The notes under the pieces: generated by a model
Seen by the model: only the letters and a program-made list of their open reading frames with translations
Told to the model about the DNA's origin: nothing
Databases searched by the model: none
IMG/VR virus record: IMGVR_UViG_3300046777_001511
Span: 4,602 to 68,601 of that record
Direction: 5' to 3' (one strand)
DNA from: a virus
Length of the DNA stretch: 64,000 nt
Translations under genes and position numbers: made by a program
In this document: positions 58,250 through 64,000 of the stretch, one piece after another
Layout: the number at the start of each line of letters is the position of its first letter
Position numbering within the stretch: the stretch's first letter is position 1

Positions 58250-58450
58250 TGTTTAGAATCATTCTAAATAATATTATTACTATGTGCCGCCGCTTATTTA
58301 GAATTAGACTAAATAAAAATATTGAAATTAACAAAACTTGGCATGATATTATTTTGTTTAGAATGTATCTAAATTATATAATATTAATACTTTGGCATGA
58401 TATTATTTTATATAGACTTATTCTAAATAAAAACTTTGGCACGATTTTAT
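58250..58450. repeat. Cluster of TTTAGA-N5-(T/A)CTAAA palindromes and TTGGCAYGAT direct repeats
   Basis: Four palindromes and three TTGGCAYGAT copies in non-coding DNA. Confidence 0.7.
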
Positions 58451-58570
58451 TTAAAAGTTTACATTTATATATAAATAATGAATAATAAATAAATTTATAT
58501 GTTAATGTAAAATTAATTAGCCTGATAATCAGCTAGTTACATAATTTATTGTAAAAAAGTACAAAAAAAA

Positions 58571-58602
58571 TTTGCATTTTGCCCGTTCTTGTTGTATATT
58601 TG
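58571..58602 (+). promoter_or_regulatory. Early promoter
   Basis: TTTG-N20-TATATTTG. Confidence 0.7.
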
Positions 58603-58643
58603 TATCAGATAATTAAACAATAACAATTTAAAAACTATCAGCC

Positions 58644-59045
58644 ATGAGAACAACAATCGAAAACAAAACTAGAGTAGAATTATTAAACACTATTTTAGAC
58701 GCTGCAAAAGATGGAAGATTGACAGACATTCCAGTTAGCGAAATTCACCACGAAGTTTTTAATACTGACTATTTTATTATAGGAAGTTACAAGGCTGAAC
58801 AATGGTTAATTGATAACTACGGAGTTTTTAACGCTATTGAAACTATTCAGGAATACGAGCAAATGAACTTTGGCGAAGTTAACACGAAGCTAGGCGAAGC
58901 GGAGCACGTTTGTAACATGTTAGTTTACATTTTAGGCGAAGAGATATTAAACGACTTAAAATTTATTAGCGACAATTGGAACGAAGATACAACACCGGAA
59001 ATGATTGAAGAACTTATAAAAGAAATCGAAGAAGAATTAAACTAA
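58644..59045 (+). CDS. Acidic Ocr-like DNA-mimic/antirestriction candidate
   Basis: Very D/E-rich 133 aa; IHHEVFNTDY.II pattern; first gene after the early promoter. Confidence 0.55.
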   Translation: MRTTIENKTRVELLNTILDAAKDGRLTDIPVSEIHHEVFNTDYFIIGSYKAEQWLIDNYGVFNAIETIQEYEQMNFGEVNTKLGEAEHVCNMLVYILGEEILNDLKFISDNWNEDTTPEMIEELIKEIEEELN

Positions 59046-59072
59046 TTAACTAACCAATAAAAACTATCAGCC

Positions 59073-59417
59073 ATGAAAAGTTATAAAATAACAACACAAC
59101 ACGACGTTTATATTGATACATACGAAAACGGCGAAGGTAAACACGTAAATTTTTATACCTTAACAAGTGAATGTAAAGCCCTAAATTATCAGGATGCAAT
59201 TATAAACCATTTTAATAATACAGTTTTTTTACCTTTTGATTTTCAGCACGCCGATATTGACAAAGAACAAAATTTAATTTTTTACTCTAATTTAGTAGAC
59301 GCGGAAAACTTAGAGCCATACAAGGAAGATATTGAAAAATGGAAAAAAGGAGAAAAAGAACTTTACTGCAATCAATCAGTAATAAGTATTGAAATAGTAG
59401 AAAAATTAATTTTTTAA
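59073..59417 (+). CDS. Early hypothetical protein
   Basis: Preceded by AAAACTATCAGCC. Confidence 0.65.
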   Translation: MKSYKITTQHDVYIDTYENGEGKHVNFYTLTSECKALNYQDAIINHFNNTVFLPFDFQHADIDKEQNLIFYSNLVDAENLEPYKEDIEKWKKGEKELYCNQSVISIEIVEKLIF

Positions 59418-59438
59418 TTAACCTTTAAAACTATCAAA

Positions 59439-59597
59439 ATGAATATTTATAAAATAACACTAAAAAGTGACAGCGGAAAAATTAACATTATAACCACTGC
59501 AATAGATTCCGACACAGCAAAATTTAAAGTTTGTGAGGCGGAAGGCTGCCCGCCCTTCGCAATAGTAAGATGCAAACTAATTAAAAAAATTTATTAA
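59439..59597 (+). CDS. Small early protein (52 aa, not in ORF track)
   Basis: Preceded by AAAACTATCA; open frame MNIYKITLKSD...AEGCP. Confidence 0.6.
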   Translation: MNIYKITLKSDSGKINIITTAIDSDTAKFKVCEAEGCPPFAIVRCKLIKKIY

Positions 59598-59616
59598 TCT
59601 ATTAAAATTTAAAGTT

Positions 59617-59820
59617 ATGTTAAGTTATATAAGCCACCCAGAAACGGACGAAAGAAAAGCCCATACAGATATTATGCTAAATAATGAGTATATAGGTTAT
59701 TATATCATATTAGATGAAGTTTTAACGGCTTTTATTGAAATTGAGCGCGAAATGTACGCCGGAGAATTTCAAAACATTGAACAGTTAGAAATAAAAATAA
59801 ATGAAATATTAATTTATTAA
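59617..59820 (+). CDS. Early hypothetical protein
   Basis: ORF in the early cluster. Confidence 0.55.
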   Translation: MLSYISHPETDERKAHTDIMLNNEYIGYYIILDEVLTAFIEIEREMYAGEFQNIEQLEIKINEILIY

Positions 59821-59926
59821 AAACTTTACAAAAACATATAAATTTTGAAAATAAATAAAATTTATATAATTTATATAAATAATTGAAATTTTCAAAACTT
59901 TACAAAATCGTATAAATAATAAAATC

Positions 59927-60085
59927 ATGTTAACAAGTGCAGCACTCATAAAGACGTACACTAGCAATGGCGTAAAATTAGCCCTTATTAGATACGCAGA
60001 CGGCGGAGAAACTGTAATAAAGTTTGAACACCTGCCTAAATTCATTCAAGACGATTTAAAAACAACTAAAAAAATAAAACCATGA
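59927..60085 (+). CDS. Small early protein (52 aa, not in ORF track)
   Basis: Open frame with ATGA overlap with the next ORF. Confidence 0.5.
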   Translation: MLTSAALIKTYTSNGVKLALIRYADGGETVIKFEHLPKFIQDDLKTTKKIKP

Positions 60086-60222
60086 CATTACCAACTTGTA
60101 AACAATACAGTGATTTTTTAGATATAGCAACCGAAAAACTAAAAATCGACAGAAACGCGGCGCGCTCATTATACGGTAAATTTACAGTTGATCAATGGAC
60201 AGAACTATTAAAACATATTTAA
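60082..60222 (+). CDS. Small early protein (46 aa, not in ORF track)
   Basis: Open frame MTLPTCKQY...LKHI. Confidence 0.5.
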   Translation: MTLPTCKQYSDFLDIATEKLKIDRNAARSLYGKFTVDQWTELLKHI

Positions 60223-60273
60223 AAACAGGTAGGCAAGCGAACTAATTAATTAACATATTAAAATTTAGAAATT

Positions 60274-60525
60274 ATGAAACTGAAAATTGAAAACTTAATC
60301 AGCATTGGAGAAATTATACCCGATCTCAAACCAACTCATATAGACTGTGCGTGTTGTTTAAAAGAAACTAAAATAAATATCTTAACTCATTATAAGGATA
60401 AAAACGAGTACTTTTGTCCTGAGTGCATCCTTGATGGCTCCGCCGCGCGGCACATTCTTTTTTATTTCAGCGGCACCGTAGCACAATACACAGACACATT
60501 AAACGAAATAGGAGCCATTTTATAG
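60274..60525 (+). CDS. Small Zn-finger protein
   Basis: CACC...CPEC. Confidence 0.55.
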   Translation: MKLKIENLISIGEIIPDLKPTHIDCACCLKETKINILTHYKDKNEYFCPECILDGSAARHILFYFSGTVAQYTDTLNEIGAIL

Positions 60526-60688
60526 TTAAAATCAGGTAGGCAAACGGCTATTTTTTAAGGTATTTTTTAGCCCCTAAAATTTTTGTCTCCGCCCGGTGGA
60601 CAAAGTAGACTAAATAGTTAATAATTAAGCAGTTACAAAAATGCCTTTTTTTCAATTTTTAAGTGTAATTTTAACCAAAATTTAAGTC

Positions 60689-60940
60689 ATGGATCCAAAT
60701 AACGAACTAAAAGAGATTTTAATCTATACTATCATGCTGCAATTGGATATTCTTAACCCTGATGATAGCAGAAACGAGGTAAAAAAACGTAATAAAGTGA
60801 ACTTTTTAACCTTTTTGAGCTGCGAAGAACTAGAAGGAATCATTCAAATTTACGAGCAGCAAATAAACGCCTTAATCCTCAAACGTAAACAAAAGCTATT
60901 AAGCAAATTAACCAATCCCACGCATTATTGTCAGAATTGA
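60689..60940 (+). CDS. Hypothetical protein
   Basis: ORF track. Confidence 0.5.
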   Translation: MDPNNELKEILIYTIMLQLDILNPDDSRNEVKKRNKVNFLTFLSCEELEGIIQIYEQQINALILKRKQKLLSKLTNPTHYCQN

Positions 60941-61344
60941 CTTATAAGCCATTATTTATATTTAAAGGTAGGTAGGCAAGGGAAGAGTGTTAAAAGCTTC
61001 TCAGAGGGCAGGGAAATAAGGAAATCAGGGTATGCGGTAAGGTAGGTAAGGTATATAACCCCACAAATGAGGTAAAAAGATAAATTTTGGGTATAATGTG
61101 CATGTATAGTGTTATTAGGTTATTATGGTTTACTTCTTAGATATTTTTAAGATTCTTTTTAGGCTGTATGCTGCCTGATGATTATTGGTTGGTGCTGTAA
61201 TTAAGAATTGGTAGGGCGGGTAGGACTTATTTACGAATTGGTAGGCCAGAAAAATCTTTTAGAACTTTTAGAACTTTTTAAAATTCAGAAGTCGGTACCT
61301 TCGGTAAGGAACTATTCGGATATATTATATTCAAATAATGAGCA

Positions 61345-62202
61345 TTATACTAATAGGGTATATTTATTACAGTATATCTTTATTATATATCCGTAGGAGT
61401 ATATGCAGTTCTTATATACCTTTTGGTAGGACAGATAGTCTTTCCATATGTGTTCTGGTATGTTAGATAGTAATACTTCTTTTTTGGAATGTACATGCAG
61501 GAAGCTTTTCCGCGCGATGTTACGGACAAAATTGTAGGCTGATCCTACTGAACACTTTAAGAGCTTGGCAATTCCTTTGTAGCTTATTTGGAGCCTGTAG
61601 TCATTTTCACCCTCAGAAGCTTCTATCGAATACTTCTTTGATAGGCTAAGAAGCTTTTTATACTCCTTAACTGTTTTCGGTTTATGCAGGTCATGACTTA
61701 ACTCCATTGCAAAGTTCTTTGTAACCTCTTTGTGCTTTATTATTAAATACCTTAAATAGGTCTCTAATTCTTTTACTTGTTTATTCTTGCATTCTAAATA
61801 TACATTTGCTCTCTTGCTGAACTTCTCAGGTTTATGACAAACATAATCCCGGCTGATTTCACTTACCTTTAATAACATTAAGTTGTTATTGTGATACCTT
61901 ACCCAGCCTTTCAACTCTAATTGCTTTCTCATCCTCCCGGCAGTCTGACGTGATACTTTTAATATCCCAGCCAATTTACTATCAGTAGAATTGTATATAC
62001 AAGAATTCTTAAATTCCGATTTAAGCCTTAAAAAAACCGCAAGCAATCTTAAATCTCCTTCATCAGAGATAACCTTTATTACTTGCGGATTTATTCTTAA
62101 ATGACGGAAGCCCTCCGGCGCATGAACAGAAGTGCACAATGGCTTAGGGCCACTTTTTACGGCAGGACTAATGCTTGTATGTGAATAAACAATATTTTCC
62201 AT
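61345..62202 (-). CDS. Rep-like DNA-binding protein with two winged-HTH motifs
   Basis: KLAGILKVSRQTAGRMRKQLELKGW and KGIAKLLKCSVGSAYN. Confidence 0.6.
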   Translation of the reverse strand: MENIVYSHTSISPAVKSGPKPLCTSVHAPEGFRHLRINPQVIKVISDEGDLRLLAVFLRLKSEFKNSCIYNSTDSKLAGILKVSRQTAGRMRKQLELKGWVRYHNNNLMLLKVSEISRDYVCHKPEKFSKRANVYLECKNKQVKELETYLRYLIIKHKEVTKNFAMELSHDLHKPKTVKEYKKLLSLSKKYSIEASEGENDYRLQISYKGIAKLLKCSVGSAYNFVRNIARKSFLHVHSKKEVLLSNIPEHIWKDYLSYQKVYKNCIYSYGYIIKIYCNKYTLLV

Positions 62203-62377
62203 TTCTGTTCATTTAAAAAACGTAACCCTGTTAACTTCCGTCCTGAATGTTTTTGAGAAAAAGAGGGGATCAAACTATCAGGAAATCTCCCCTCCGCGTT
62301 AAAATAATGACTTATTGCTTAACTGCTGCTAAATTAATAAATACTTATTTAATTACCAAATAAAATATGTTAAATTT

Positions 62378-62605
62378 TTAAGATATTTTACCATAAGTTT
62401 CCTCGTAGTATTTTTCACCAGTTTTGGTTTCAATGTAGTTACCTACTCCACCGGATTTAACTTTCTTATTTCCATGAGCCTCGATAATCTGTTGGCGTTC
62501 CATTGCTTTAGCCTTTTCAACTAATTCAAAAGGACTATTTATAAATTTAGCACCCATTAGATTTTCTACTAAAAACTTTACCGCTGTTTGTTTTTTATCT
62601 TCCAT
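62378..62605 (-). CDS. Small phage protein (QTAV...AKAMERQQIIEA family; probable start 62605)
   Basis: Motif recurrent in Bacteroidetes phages. Confidence 0.6.
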   Translation of the reverse strand: MEDKKQTAVKFLVENLMGAKFINSPFELVEKAKAMERQQIIEAHGNKKVKSGGVGNYIETKTGEKYYEETYGKIS

Positions 62606-62610
62606 AGTTT

Positions 62611-62817
62611 TTATAACTTTTTCAACTCGTTCTTGACATCCATCCAATAATCAAATATTTCTGTATGCTTATGAGAACTATGCTTATATTCCGCAATAGC
62701 ATCTAATATCTCATTAACAGCAGCGTAGGCGCAAGCCTTAGATGTTTCGGGGTCAATGTCCCATCTAACATCTCTAAATTTGTTTCTTAACTCTATTGCT
62801 TTTTCTTTAGGTTTCAT
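62611..62817 (-). CDS. Small phage protein (PKEKA.EL...YW..VK.E family)
   Basis: Motif recurrent in Bacteroidetes phages. Confidence 0.6.
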   Translation of the reverse strand: MKPKEKAIELRNKFRDVRWDIDPETSKACAYAAVNEILDAIAEYKHSSHKHTEIFDYWMDVKNELKKL

Positions 62818-62820
62818 ATT

Positions 62821-63066
62821 TTAAAATGTTTTTTTTATTAATTTAATTGTTTTTTCATAAATATTATAAAAATGAGTATCACTTGTATTGCCATAATATT
62901 TACCTAATCTGTGAAATTGAAATGCTACTTCAAAAATATATTGCTTTATATCTTCTTGGCATTGAGTGTAGCCATCTATAAAACCAATATGAAAAAGATA
63001 AATTTCAAAATCAGAAGTTGATTTATATTTTTCAGCTAACTTTTCTATTTCTTTTTGTGTTTTCAT
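62821..63066 (-). CDS. Small phage protein, paralog of 57440..57706
   Basis: Near-identical C-terminal half. Confidence 0.7.
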   Translation of the reverse strand: MKTQKEIEKLAEKYKSTSDFEIYLFHIGFIDGYTQCQEDIKQYIFEVAFQFHRLGKYYGNTSDTHFYNIYEKTIKLIKKTF

Positions 63067-63068
63067 AG

Positions 63069-63290
63069 TCAATTGCTTTTAGTTGCTAACATTTTTAATC
63101 TTTGTAAATCATTAATCTTTATGCCTAGTGACTCACCATACTTATAGAAATCTTCTTTAGTATTGGGAAGTGTTTCACAAGTATGACACTGTTCTCTAAA
63201 CCAGAGTATTCTATTAACTTGTTGTGGTTCACAAGTAGGGCATGACTTCTTCCAAGCTTTATCAAAAGCATTATCTGTTATTAGTTTCAT
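63069..63290 (-). CDS. Small Zn-finger protein
   Basis: CPTC...CHTC. Confidence 0.5.
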   Translation of the reverse strand: MKLITDNAFDKAWKKSCPTCEPQQVNRILWFREQCHTCETLPNTKEDFYKYGESLGIKINDLQRLKMLATKSN

Positions 63291-63513
63291 TCTTTTGTTG
63301 TTTTTTAATATAAGATTTATACTTCTTTTACGCAAACAACTTCTTTCAAGTTTATAACAAGAAATATCTTATTGTTTTCATTAAAACATTGATAATCTAG
63401 GTGTCCCAATAATAAATTATCTATTAATATTTTTGCTAATTCATTAGATATTTCTTCCTCGTGTCCGTTTTTAAAAATTATTTTCATTTATAAAGTTTTT
63501 TTTAATTAATAAA

Positions 63514-63708
63514 TTAGTTTTCTACTTGTGGTACATCTCTCCATTCTTCATTACCTTTATTACTAACCCAAAGTTGCTCTAATGTGTTAAGATAAGTTTG
63601 GCGAATAAATTTTCTATTCCATCTTAACTGAAAAGTTGGATTCCATACTTCAAGCACTTCAATAGTTCCAATAAAGTGTCCATTTATTTCATTTTCTATT
63701 TTGCTCAT
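63514..63708 (-). CDS. Hypothetical protein
   Basis: LRW...LEQLW...EEWRDVP pattern. Confidence 0.55.
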   Translation of the reverse strand: MSKIENEINGHFIGTIEVLEVWNPTFQLRWNRKFIRQTYLNTLEQLWVSNKGNEEWRDVPQVEN

Positions 63709-64000
63709 GTTTATTTTTTTTTAGTTATTAATTTTGTTTGTTTTTAGTTTTTAGTTGTTATTTTTTTGTTTAGTGAGTTAATAAAATCTTGTTTTTTCTA
63801 CTTTACAATCAATGTTGTATGTGTGTTTAAGATAATATACAATATAGTCAGTTTCTTTTTGACTAAATCGAGTTATTTTAGTAACCGACAAGTCATTTCC
63901 AATAATTGTAATTGTGAATTTGTGTGTTGGCATATTATTTAATCATCTTTAAATTCTTACTCCATCAATTTTTTCAATTTTTTTAATATAATAAATTGTA

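Noticed and set aside
58237-58485. 82-aa ORF with internal repeats
   Set aside because: TTG start; it is merely the translation of the palindrome/TTGGCA repeat cluster.
1-64000. Stop-codon reassignment as in some crAss-like phages
   Set aside because: Long genes are intact and tightly packed under the standard code.

Overview
A 64-kb AT-rich segment of a tailed phage genome. The host is very likely a Bacteroidetes, because TAnnTTTG promoters occur throughout and Shine-Dalgarno sites are not evident. The + strand at 0.3-14 kb carries replication/recombination genes (SF2 helicase, Cpn10, SSB-like, NinB-like, initiator-like protein plus DnaB, MTase, RusA, degenerate UDG, HNH). The - strand at 14-57 kb is a crAss-like (Crassvirales-type) virion module: terminase, portal, scaffold, MCP, ring/tail proteins, fibres, lysis genes, ejection proteins and a ferritin. 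The 57-64 kb region holds a repeat-rich control/terminus-like region, early small genes (including an Ocr-like acidic protein) and a Rep-like gene. No DNA polymerase, primase, virion RNA polymerase or integrase is visible. The best candidate for an undescribed system is an integron-like array at 10671-12282: three cassettes, each bounded by its own GTTA...TAAC inverted repeat, are separated by 87-126 bp TAAC...GTTA hairpins of shared geometry, and two of these hairpins supply the start codon of the downstream gene. All product calls come from motif recognition by eye; no database search was run.
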